A DNA stretch of 63,120 nucleotides, counting the filler, from Sluysia triapertura (taxonomy: Eukaryota): NCBI GenBank assembly GCA_046118255.1. It is 5 parts of 5 records of this genome, joined end to end, with 100 filler letters (N's around TTAATTAATTAA, not from the genome) between each part and the next. Parts side by side here need not be neighbours in the genome. Positions count along the whole stretch, not along the records: positions 24,636 to 38,229 come from JBJNIA010030387.1; 4 more parts are not named here. One strand, written 5' to 3'. The notes beneath the pieces are model-generated. The model made no database searches, was not told where the DNA came from, and was given only the letters and a program-made list of their open reading frames with translations. Within the stretch, counting starts at the first letter, position 1. The number at the start of each line of letters is the position of its first letter. Position numbers and translations under genes: made by a program. Shown here in pieces: positions 26,650 to 38,229 of this stretch.

Positions 26650-27387
26650 AACTCTTATAAATTCTTTACAATATTACTAATTTTTACATTACTACATATA
26701 TTTTGGACTATACTCTATTTGTACCAAGTAGGTAAGAAAATACGAGTTCCCACAAATAATAAAAACCTTATACCTTTAATTTACATTAAGATAATTACAG
26801 TAGTTCAATGTCACGAACAATCTTTTAAAACGGAATACTTTGAAATCTATAATAGAAACAATGAAGTAAAAGTTAAAATATTGAATGAAAATATTCATGC
26901 TAAATTTGCGTGTTTGAAACCTGCCAGACTTAATTTTAGCTCATGGGTTATACACGAAAATTATATTGATAGTGAATTGAAATATCCAGTCACGGTTTGC
27001 TCAGATATTTTACCTATCGAGGATAGACACATTATAGTGAGATTCCGTCACTCATCAAAATACTTGCATTTTGCATTTAAAGGAACAAGAAAACATTTAA
27101 CTATATTAGAGATATTACGAAACGATCCAGCTTTAGTGATATTAATTGTGGCGGCAATACTATTCGTAATAGCTTTAGCTATAGTGGTATTGACTATTAT
27201 TATGTTTGTCTCGAATAGATGTCGATACTCATGCTTACCACATAATAATAATAATGACGATGACGACGCATATGCAGTTCCATACAGAAGTAATTACGCT
27301 CCTCCTCCAGGTATGCCAATACTTCCACCTCCAATTTATGAATACGCTACAAATAATCAAATACCGCTCATATATGGAGATTGGCAA
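26646..27387 (+). CDS. Predicted membrane protein with a Tyr/Pro-rich cytoplasmic tail (probable 1-nt frameshift at the start)
   Basis: Hydrophobic N-terminus FFTILLIFTLLHIFWTILYL is in frame upstream of ORF 26719. TM segment ALVILIVAAILFVIALAIVVLTIIMFV, then tail DDDDAYAVPY...PPPIYEY. Confidence 0.55.
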
Positions 27388-28347
27388 ATGACTCAAGTTA
27401 AATCCACAATTTTAATATGTATTTACCTATCTTGTATATCAAGTGCGAATTATCAATCAGAAAACGCCACGCCTAAAATAATTTTAGTATCTACTCAAAA
27501 AGATGTCTATGCTAGAATATTCATAGGTAAAATTAAGCTATTTTCTGTTCAAATAAAATGTTGTATAATGGATTGGTGTGAAATTAAAACAAAGTCAAGT
27601 AAACAGGATTTCTACTGATTTATAGTTTGTATCGATCTTGCTAATTACCAACTAATTAGTGTAACAATAACCATGGAACTGGAGTATGATTCTCGAAGTG
27701 ACTCAAAAACTATTTTAATACGATACTACAAAATCAGAACCAAGCCATTTGTTTTTCAACAATCGCTGACACATAATACTAAGACAAAGTCAATTGAATT
27801 TCGAATGATCGTTTACCGTTACATTGGAAACGTCGTACGCATCCATAACCCACTACACGAAAATACATTATTGATTGCCTATGAATTAATTGATGGTTTA
27901 CGTTATGGACTGATATTGCCAAATGATACTATTCGTTTATATCACCTTCTCAATAATAAACTTATAAACTAAGAAAAGCGGAAATATAAAATATAAAAGG
28001 ATTTTGGCCAAACAATCAGGTATCATGATGTATAAATACCTGTTATAGATAAGTGCGAAAAGGACTCGGTTATAGAATCAATAAAAAGGCTTGAAAATTA
28101 TAATAATTCGGTAGTTACATCTCGTGTCATAATCAAAAATGTGAGTTTAAAAATTACAAATACTAATATAAGTTTAAGTAAAATCAATAAGGAATACCCA
28201 TCACTGACTAAATCCAACAATAATTTCATTATAATTAGTAATTATATCTTACTAATAGTCTTACTAATGACAATAACTATAAATTTTATCATCCCAAAAT
28301 TTTATCTATTTATAAGGCATAAAGCTCATTTTTTCATTATAATATAG
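27388..28347 (+). pseudogene. Broken type-I membrane glycoprotein-like ORF
   Basis: Signal-peptide-like MTQVKSTILICIYLSCISSA at 27388, continuing through ORF pieces 27673-27972 and 28141-28347. N-x-S/T sequons (NAT, NDT, NIS) and a C-terminal hydrophobic stretch YILLIVLLMTITINFII. Confidence 0.4.
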
Positions 28348-28594
28348 ATTAGGTATAGTACATAATTGACCATATGTAATGACTCTACCATTCAAATTGG
28401 GTCATATGCAATATCAAGACTGTAAGAACTGTGCAACTGACTGCATGTGATGGCTCGCCATCCATTTTGAGTCATGCACCAACTTAAAATTAATTAGGAT
28501 TTTTTTAAAAAGTTTTAGGTTTTTTAATTTAAATCGATAATATTACTTTAACTATTTATTGTCTTATTATATTTTATTTTTTTAGTAATACATC

Positions 28595-28972
28595 ATGTCG
28601 TTTTCCACCTGTGCCATTTGCCTCAGACCAATCCGCAAATACTATGCTCGAACAACGCCGTGTTTTCATCGCTTTCACTTTGTATGTCTATATAATCTCT
28701 TCAACACTTCTCCATCACCTTTACCTTCTTGCCCGTTATGTCGGATTACTATCGTTGCGTGCGATATTAATTATAAACGCGTCTTTAGGAAATCCTACGC
28801 ATTCACAGTTAAATATATTACCAACTCTTCAGAAGAAACAGGAATTGACATCTATCAACCTGTTGTACATAAAAAGAGAAACAATCTTAGTAGGAATGGT
28901 TTAGTTAGACCACCTCCGATCATGATTCCAAATTTAACTAAGTCTCAAAAGAGAAATAGACGGAGACTTTAA
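28595..28972 (+). CDS. Small RING-H2 finger protein (putative E3 ubiquitin ligase) with a basic tail
   Basis: CAIC-x13-C-F-H-RF-H-FV-C-x14-CPLC provides all eight C3H2C3 ligands. Intronless; ends KSQKRNRRRL. Confidence 0.85.
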   Translation: MSFSTCAICLRPIRKYYARTTPCFHRFHFVCLYNLFNTSPSPLPSCPLCRITIVACDINYKRVFRKSYAFTVKYITNSSEETGIDIYQPVVHKKRNNLSRNGLVRPPPIMIPNLTKSQKRNRRRL

Positions 28973-29161
28973 CTTAAACACTTTTATAAGACGCAGGAAG
29001 CTAATAAAAATAATAATATACCAAACCAATTAATCCTTTTCTGAAGAAAAAACGATAATTTCTTTAAAATAGTATATTTCAATTATAATGGGAATGAAAA
29101 TTATTATCTTACTTAATTTTGATTTGTTTTTATCTTGTATCATTTTTATGACTTCAGATTC

Positions 29162-30517
29162 ATGGAAGCAAAGATATTAAATCAACAGAAAAATTTTTAT
29201 GTTTTCGTTGATAGGTTTTGTCACGAGAACATCACCCCCGCCTTCTTTCCTAACTCTTTAGCTACTCCTAATAACTGGAAGTCGGAACTTAACATCAATC
29301 TCGCTACACATATCTTTGCCTTAACACCAGAACGGCCTCACATCTCATTAGACGATTTATCCAATGTTCCAGACTCTATGACGTCTTTGTATATAGTAGT
29401 GGCTCGTGGAGTTATTAAGCTCACTTTCCTCGATAACGGTGCTCCTCATTTGACGAGGATACACAGCTTTTCTTCACTTCATATAACATATCTTCATAAG
29501 AACAGTAACATCGTTATTGAAGCTGCAGAGTATCCCACTTCTCTCGCGTTGTTGTTCCCACTTCCTATAGTAGAGTATAAATCTTTCCTCCCAAATTTAT
29601 ATGAACAAAATTCGTTTAACTTAGAAGGCTGCAACAATGGCGTTTCGTTTACGTATGAACCTCCCTTGTCAGCTTATGATGAAGACCGTTTGGTCTTCAT
29701 GGCTTATTCATACGCATTTGACTTCCGCGATCAACCACACATCACTCAATTGTCTTGTGTTCCCTACCATAAACAATTTCATTCTGACGCCAACATCAAA
29801 CCACGTTTGCGCATAAAAACTTTGTTCGAGATATTCAGGATATTAAAGATGAACATATTAAGGAAGCGAAGGACATTGACGATATACGGCCTTACTTCCT
29901 GGGATATTTGCATGATAAAATTTTAGTAGCTCTAAACCCTACTCTTATCATCGAAACCTTGCGATTGCCTTTCGGTTGGCTTAAGGGTGTAATTAATTTA
30001 ACCAACCACAATCTCATCTCTTACAACACTACGAATTTGATTCTAAGGGGCCGACAGACTTTCCGCCTTCTCTACACAGTTCCGCCTAAAATGACATGCC
30101 CTCGCATGGCCCTCGAACTGGTTTCTCTTTTTGATCTAATCAGAACAAAGGACTTGTTTTTTATCCCAAATTGTTCTCCTCCCCCTCCTTCTCTTTTTTC
30201 TGACGTTCCCGTGACACCTAATCCCATCATCATCATCATCTATACAACCATCTATTGCACCATCATCATCATCGTTATCGACAACTGCTGATTGTGTACC
30301 TCATAAGTCTTCATCGTCATCATCCAATAATGATATTTTCGACCAAGTGGACAAATGGCTAGGCAGCTCATCACCCAGTCCAAACCACGTTCCAATTGGC
30401 ACTACAGCACGACGACACAAATCATTCCAATCCAAAAGCGATATACCTTTGTCATTGAAACCACGTCACAAACAATACTGTACGGATTTAAACGTTGATT
30501 TAACAAGAAAATTTTGA
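29162..30517 (+). pseudogene. Hypothetical protein of about 450 aa with two compensating frameshifts and a Ser-rich C-terminus
   Basis: ORF 29135-29926 overlaps ORF 29908-30291. The original frame reopens near 30225 (PSSSSSIQPS...DQVDKWLGSSSPSP...LTRKF*) and stops at 30517. GC is elevated throughout. Confidence 0.5.
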
Positions 30518-30764
30518 TATCTTCTGACTATTTTATTTCTGATATTATTTATTTATTTTATTTTATGATCGTGCTTTTCTTAAAGATTCGAGACGAATCT
30601 TCCCAGGTAGGGAAGTGTTTGTAAATAATAAAAATAATAAAATCTCTTTAAAAATATTTGTTAAAAAATAAAAATCTTTTAATAATTGTAAATAATAAAA
30701 AATATTTGTAAATAATAAAAATCTTTTAATATCTGTTAATAAAAAATCTTTTAATATATTTGTA

Positions 30765-31430
30765 AATAATAAGATAACATCTAAGATATCAGGAAACTTA
30801 TATTTCGAGTCAGTGTAATACAACAAACTATTTTCATTTTTTTCTAAATCATTTTTACTTTTGAATATATAAAAAGTTGAAGTAAAAGAAGTGAAGTAAA
30901 AATTCATCATGGGTCACATTACGTTCTTCTGCATGTTCATGTTCAATTTTACCATGATACCACTTTATATTTTTTAATATATTCTTAATTTCAGAATCAA
31001 TAATGTCGGATACTATCATCTTCATCTTCATGAAGTCCTTGATAACTAACAAATTTATCTAAAAAAGCATAATTTTCATATTCAACCGTAAAATCAGTTT
31101 TGTAATTATCATCGCGTTCATGTACTGTTTGATTGTTATGATTATTGTTGTTTCCATTCTTATAGTTGTTGTTACATGAATACATCTCCTTACAACTGGA
31201 GCTTACTAAGTTTGTCAAATGTTTTGAATCATAATTTCTTTAACAACTATCTCAATATCATCTTCAATGCATTCACGAATAGATTAATGATCTTCAGGAT
31301 CAGACACGATTATAATCCTTTGCAAAACAGGTGCGTCACTAGAAGTAGTAGTAGAAGCACGGACGTATTTTCGTTCATAATGATAATAAGGTGTCATATT
31401 AGTAAAATGATTATGAAATCGACACTTTGA
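30765..31430 (-). pseudogene. Decayed ORF with an SH2-like domain
   Basis: KWYHGKIEHEHAEERNVTHDEFLLHF, then after a frameshift SLLYYTDSKYKFPDILDVILLF. These match SH2 landmarks WYHG.I....AE, FLxR and YY.....F..L.ELI. Confidence 0.55.
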
Positions 31431-32139
31431 TTTTTTAATTATATTTAGCATTATTGTAATTTATTTCTCGTCTCTAACGGACTTTTATGATTCAAAAGTC
31501 GTCTTTTAATTTTTAATCACTTGAGACGTAATTTTCTAATTTTTTAATCTAGTTCTATTTTGTTAATAATTCTGATTGTATAACTTTTTTAATTGTGTCC
31601 TTTTTTTAAAACCATGAGTGTACAGGATTCACTCTAACTATGTTTGACTAATTAAAATAAAGTTGTTTCACATTCACTTTATTTGTAGCTTTTTAATTGT
31701 CCCTATTCTATTGGCTGAAAATAAATGTGCGCAATAAATGTATTATTTCACTAAGCAACTGTCATCAGTCGACAGCTGAGTTGATTTTAATTAAACTGTC
31801 GACTTTAACTTCTTTTAATTCTTTGTATTCTTAAAAGTTCTTTTTCTTGACATATAAGTAAATAAAATAAAATCATAACGCATAAACTTTATTCTTTTGA
31901 TTCTTGTAAATATAACTCTTTTCTTTCTTTATTCTTAAAAATCCTTCTACATGTAAAAACATTAATTTAAATAAAATTCTTTTTGGATTAGAATGTTTAG
32001 AATGGTTTTAAAGTGTGACTATTGTTTTTCAAAGATGTCGAATAATTCCATTTTTTGATTACGATGTTTTAAAGTGATTTTGAAATAAGGATTTAATGTT
32101 TGTGAATGATATTAATAATTGAGTGTTGAAGGATTGTAA

Positions 32140-32360
32140 ACTTAAAATGTTTTAGATAAGATTTGAAATGTACATTAATGGTTTTGAATGTAAGTATAAT
32201 TTTAATGTTCTGAGATTGTGAATTTAGAATGTTTTGAAATGTAAAAAGGTTTTAATAGATCTGAAAACGTAAAAACGCAAAATGAGAGTAAACGTGATAT
32301 TTCATGTAAAATACTGATTTGAATTTTAAATGAAAAGGTTGACAACCACATACTTGTTCA
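32140..32360 (-). repeat. Dispersed repeat module, copy 2 (see 4730-4940)
   Basis: Reverse-complement alignment to 4730-4940. Confidence 0.8.
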
Positions 32361-33582
32361 TGGAAAAAACTAGAAATCTAATTTGACTAAAAACAGAAAC
32401 TTGTCTTCTAAAAATTTAATTAATTTTTTTGTTTATTCTTCTACTAAAATTTCCTAAATTTATACTAAAATTCTCCATCTTACTTTATTAATTAATTTTT
32501 TGATCTGAAAAAACAAAAAATTATTCTTAAAACTAAAAATTAAAAATCCTAATTCTTAAATTAATAATTATTCAAAAATTAAAAAATGTTAATCTTAAAT
32601 TAATTATAATTTAAAATTAATTATAATTCATAAAATCATTTATACTTCATTTATACTTAAAATATAATTATTCATAATTACTCATAAAATAATTATTATA
32701 CCTTAATAAAATTGAAGAAACAAATGAAAATGAAAAATAATATTAACTTTGATTTGATTTAAATTTTTAAAAGAAAATGATTTAAGAAAAAATTTTTTAA
32801 TAAAAGTAATATGAAAATTTAAAATTTAATTTACTATTTTATTGTTGAAAGATTAATGAAAAAAGAATTGGCACAATGATTTATTTAAATATTTAATATT
32901 GAAAACAATTTAAAAAATTTTGAAAAGAGATATAAGTTTTGATGTTTTATATTTGAAGTCGATAGTGTTGAACAATGCACCAAATGGACGTTTATTGTGA
33001 ATCCTTTGATGGCACTAACAATATTAGATGTCATTATAGAGCTATGTTTTCAGTTTTTGTACAGTTTTTACTTATTACCAAAGGAGGAACTAAGTAATAT
33101 TTCGTAAAAGGAAACATAATCGAAATAAGGAAATTTGTAATAACTTTATATTGAATTTAGTGATTAATTATTGAGGTTTTGTTAAATAGATTAACCGATA
33201 TTAATTTGAAGTTATTATGAAGTACAAAGACGCAACAAAACTACAGCAATCAAAAGGCCTTAAGCCGAATTTCAATTTTTAATTTCGAGTTTCATAATGT
33301 TGTTTTTGATAACACTTTTAAAAGTTATAAAGGGTCTTAAGCCCATATTTTATAATTTTGAAAGTAAGATCTTTAAAAACAAAGTGAACGCTCAAACATA
33401 CCCTACCATTATAAGGAACTTACTGATTTCTTAATAATAATTATAGACGCCATTATAAAACTACATGCTATTGTGCAATATAATCAGAAAAAAAATGAAA
33501 CATCAATCACTACCAATAGATTTTTGTAGAACATGGAACAGAGTACAATGATTTAGCAGATTAATTTTTTTCACAGTAACAT

Positions 33583-33737
33583 AATTTGACTTTCCAGGAG
33601 AAAATGTTAAATTTATAAAGTTTTGGAAACCAAGTGACCCCTCCGCTCCTTTACGCGACATTCCTTCGCTATGGAGGCGAGAGTGAATACACTTGGTTAC
33701 CAGTAACTTTACATCACATCATTTTAAGGCCAAATTA
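33583..33737. repeat. Imperfect foldback with a GC-rich core
   Basis: AAAGTTTTGGAAACCAAGTG pairs with CACTTGGTTACCAGTAACTTT. Inner ctccgctcctttacgcga pairs with tcgctatggaggcgagag, and outer aatttgacttt with aaggccaaatt. Confidence 0.65.
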
Positions 33738-34327
33738 AACTCTTTAAAAAGAAGTTATCGAAGAAAGCTATTGTCACAGTTTGACTTTATATTGTTTTAT
33801 GGATTAATTTTATTTTTCTCCAAAATTTAACCAAAATCAAATTAATTTTTTTAAAAAATTAACTCTAAATTTCTATTTATAGACAAATACTTAAATAAAA
33901 TGTATTATATGACAATTAAATATATTTTAAAGACACAATTGAAGTCTAGATGATTTTTTGTTTTTGTTGGCGCCTGACAATTATATATTTCACAAAGCTT
34001 AAGTTATTTAAATTATAAATAAATTTATAAATGAACCATAAAAATTTGTAATTAAACTACCTTTTCGTTGTAAATGAATTATGAAACTGAAAGAAATAAA
34101 ACAATGTTTAGAAAAATTTTCTTCTCTTACTTCACCAATCACAATCAATCGAATCTCAAAAGTATGTTGTTTTTTCATACATATTTAACTCTTAAAATAA
34201 AGACACACAATTGTTTTCCTAAGAAATTTGGTGATGTACTTTGTTGATACTTTGTAGTACAAAAAAAGTTTTCAAATTTCTAGTTGCAAAAACCAACACA
34301 CATAATGAAGTGATTACCGATTTAACA

Positions 34328-34505
34328 ATGGAGACAAATTATTTGATCATTGTTTTTGTCATTATTGTGCTATTTAACGATTATTGTGAAAGTTATTGTG
34401 TTGATCATAAAACCAAAATACAAACAAAATATGGACTTATTTGTGGAATTAGTGCCCAATTAAAATGGTCTGATATGCCAGATAATACCGTTCATATTTA
34501 TAAAG
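34328..34505 (+). CDS. First exon of a secreted type-B carboxylesterase/cholinesterase-family protein
   Basis: Signal peptide METNYLIIVFVIIVLFNDYCES, then IQTKYGLICG...VHIYKG, the family N-terminal motif preceding GIPYA. Donor G|GTTAGT at 34506. Later exons were not found in this segment. Confidence 0.7.
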
Positions 34506-35147
34506 GTTAGTTTATTACATTTTGACTAAAAATTGAATTTGAATCAAATAATTGTTTTAATCTAAATTTATTCTAGATATTTTTTGTAATGATTAGTTAA
34601 TTAAATTCAGTGTTTATTTAAAATATTACAATTAATTAAAGTTAAACATGTATTTTACAAAAATGACATTTCCAATAATTTAATTTATAAATTTGGAAAA
34701 CAATTTTTATATAATTTATATACATTTATATTAATACCATTTTTAAATTTTATGTGTTAATTTTAACTTAAAATCAAAATTTTGCATTTCTACATTAATT
34801 TATTTAGTTCTTTATTTGGGTTTCTTTCTGATTCTTATATTATTTTTATTGTTATAATTTTAATTATTTCTTAAAAATGTTTATGAAAATAATGCATTAA
34901 ATAAATGTGACTTTACTTATTTTATTTGGCTTTATTTCGGGGGCTCCAAAAAATATGCTTAGTTGGAGTTATCATAGATTACTGATTACATACAAAATTT
35001 GTGAGGGTTGCGTACATTACTATGTCTACTGTTTTCTAATTATTCACACGGAAAATATTCTTTTTTCAGTTTGCATCTTTTGATTTATAATGGTTTGGTA
35101 AAACTTATTCATAAAAAGATAAAGGAAAACCGTATTTTAACTTTATT

Positions 35148-35301
35148 TTAACTCATTACAGGCCGTCGAGAAGTAATACGTCATTTTTTATTCGAAATTC
35201 AGTAGCCGCTGACTTAGTAATACGTTTTTTGACAGAATAACTTTGTTTGTGTTTCCATCAAACAGTCGATTAAGAATTTTTAGCGGCCAGTGATGAGTTA
35301 A
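35148..35301. mobile_element. TTAA-flanked MITE family A copy 2
   Basis: TTAA-CTCATTACAGGCCG ... CGGCCAGTGATGAG-TTAA; inverted homolog of 1735-1888. Confidence 0.8.
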
Positions 35302-36658
35302 TTTAATAAAAACAATTAGATTTTTGCTTTTCTTTTTGTAATTCAGTGAGCCCTTTTTATAAGTCTGTCTATAAAGTCGTTTCAGATAATAGAAATGGAA
35401 TTTTTATACTTAAATGAAACACAATACGTGTCACATCATTCAGATATGATTTAGTCATTCATATATGCATATCTAAAGTTAATAAAAATATGGAAAATTA
35501 ACAAGAAATCTATAAATAAACATATCACCAAAGTGACACTTATTGTTTAAAAATAAGTAAAAATTAAATACAAAAATTTTTCATTTCAAAACATAATAAT
35601 TTTATTTAAGACTAATAAATCTTCAAAGTATTTTAAAAGTGATTTTTTAACTGGCTTAAGCCAGCGCCAAAATTAAATAATTTTAAGTAAAAAATGATAT
35701 CTCAATTAAGTGAAAGAAAAAACTTATCTAACACAAACTTACGGATATTTTACATGAACTGTTAAAAGCTTTTGAAACTTTGGATTTGTAATTACTGATA
35801 AATTGTCAATTGTGATGGTTTATCGCAAATAAAATAAAGAGGCACACTGCGAATATATGATGAATTACAGTCGGTCGATTATTTTCCAAGAATTCGTACC
35901 AAAGTTTGTGTCAATCGTGTATAATTTATGAATCGACACCAAAGTTACAGTTATCTCGTATGAACCTTGTTAACTATCTTCCTATTCTTTGTTTTTTTGT
36001 AGTAAAATATCCATAAATTGATGAAATTATTGGTTAAAAAATCCATTTAATAAATAAATTGTTGAAATCCATTAGAAAATTCATTAATAAATTAATGTCA
36101 ATTAGTTGTAAAATAGTCAAAATTAATTAATTAATTTACAATAAATTAATATCCATTAAATAATAAAATAATGAAAAAAATAAATTGATATTCATTAAAC
36201 AAAATCAATTAATATCCATTAATTTTTGATTTTAATTTTCTTTTTTGATCTACGAACTTATTATTATTATATACTGTGGAGGGCATTAAGTAATTTAATT
36301 CCAATAAATTATAATTAGTTCTTTTAATTTTAATAAATTATGTTTAATTTTGTTTATTTTCGAATATGTATGAAAAAAATTTAAGAATTTAATTAACAAA
36401 AAACCATTGAACTTTAACTTGAAAACAATTAGCGAAAAACAAAATTTTTTTATCAACGAATTAGGCTAATGCCTTTAAAAAATAACGACTTTAATAAAAT
36501 GACAAAATTTGAAATTTCATTTATAAAACAAAAAAATATGTAATAGTACTCACATCATTATAAGCAAAGAATCTAGAGAATGAAGTCACTAGTGATACGA
36601 ATATTGACAGTACAATACTGTTTCAAAAACGAATAATAGATGATATGTGTAATTGGTA

Positions 36659-37045
36659 CTAAAATAACAAATAGATCCATCCAAACAATACCAATTGATT
36701 AGTAAATTGAAAATGAGAAGTTAAATTAATTCTGGAATAATTAATGTAATTGAAGGCTATACTATGTTCATAGTATGAATCTTGTTTATAATTAAAATTG
36801 AAAAATATACAATCATTAGGTTTCATAGTACTTATATTATACTTCACATAATTCGACAAAATGTCATGTCTTAGTAACAAATTTTGATAACATGATTTGG
36901 TAAATGATTGATTGTCATTTAGTAATTTTACTTTTTTGATCAATTGAAATTTATTTGAATTCGACCATTTAAGTGAATAACAAAAATAAATCACTATACA
37001 AGTCGTTATTACGATAATAAAAACTAAAATTTGTATTTCTTTCAT
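36659..37045 (-). CDS. Possible first exon of a type-II membrane protein
   Basis: MKEIQILVFIIVITTCIVIYFCYSL signal anchor followed by about 100 open codons. No diagnostic catalytic motif. Confidence 0.35.
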   Translation of the reverse strand: MKEIQILVFIIVITTCIVIYFCYSLKWSNSNKFQLIKKVKLLNDNQSFTKSCYQNLLLRHDILSNYVKYNISTMKPNDCIFFNFNYKQDSYYEHSIAFNYINYSRINLTSHFQFTNQLVLFGWIYLLF

Positions 37046-37975
37046 AATTAAAAATATCAATAAAAATCAAATTAAAAATTACTATATAAAATTATGCGAT
37101 TTAATAATAAAGGTTTAAAAAATATTTAAGTTATTTATTTAGAAATTAAACTATAATACGATATGTAAAAAAGAATTTTTATATTTTCAGTTTTGCTAAA
37201 AGTTGGCCGAGTTTTTGTAAAGAAATGTTAGCATGTGTGGTAGTTTATAAATTGTTTAGAGAATTCAAACAATGCTGAAGAGATTGTGACAATGCAGTCA
37301 AATGAAGAAAAGCTATTGAAACATCTGAAGAAAAATTAATCATAATGTACCAAAGATGTTGAACAATGATGTGTTCAATGTTTGTACAGCATTTTTTAAC
37401 TGCTGAAATATGTAAAAAGCGCATAAAAAATCTAATCCATTGTGAAAAATGTTCATCATTATTACAAAATAGCAACAGTACCATAAAATACATAATAACT
37501 GAAGAGATTGTGAAGTAATTATGAAGAGATAATTTTTTCACAAATGAAATTAAAATAGATTTTACTTTTTAGTTATTGAGTAAACATCTTAAAGCCACTC
37601 TTAAATTTAAATTTTTAAGTATTAATTTTTTGTTTTTACAAATAAAAGATTTTTTTAATGCTTTTAAACATTAAAAATAAATAAGCGATATGATCCATAT
37701 GACAAATAGAAAGTTCCTTAGAGATCAGTAGAGATTAAATATATACGGAATCAATAATGTAGGAAATACTATTAAAAGTACGAAACTAATAGCTGAATAA
37801 ATTAAGAATTTATCATTTTAATTTATAATGCTAAAATAAATGAAAAAGTTAATTGGTAAGGTGAAGGCACAAAATGAAATATGGGCTATGGGTTTCGTTA
37901 TTGATGTTTTGTAGTAATATGTCTGTGGAGGTAATCTCCTGACGCCGATTTGGGTTATTGATGTTCACATGATGT

Positions 37976-38229
37976 TGTGAAGATAATTTTAAAAGTTTAG
38001 GTATTTGGATTAAACATATTTTTAAGAATTTAGTCTTAGATATTTTTGCAAAAACTAAAAACTATATGCGAATAAAGCGACTTAAAAAATATAAGAAGTG
38101 AGTCCACCAACGTATTGGACTTACAAACCTAATGGCCAACCGTTGGATTTTTTAACTTAAAAATAAAATGGAGGTTGAAAGAAATTCTTCTTCCTTAATG
38201 AAATACGATATTTTAGATGTAAACTGGAA
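37976..38229 (+). mobile_element. LTR-like repeat, diverged member of family L1, cut by the spacer
   Basis: Starts TGTGA and contains gtgagtccaccaacgta...ggccaaccgttgg, shared with the 22198 and 42908 copies. Confidence 0.55.

Noticed and set aside
25148-30517. Polinton/adintovirus or NCLDV assignment for the cassette
   Set aside because: No pPolB, packaging ATPase, integrase or major capsid motif recognised; left unassigned.
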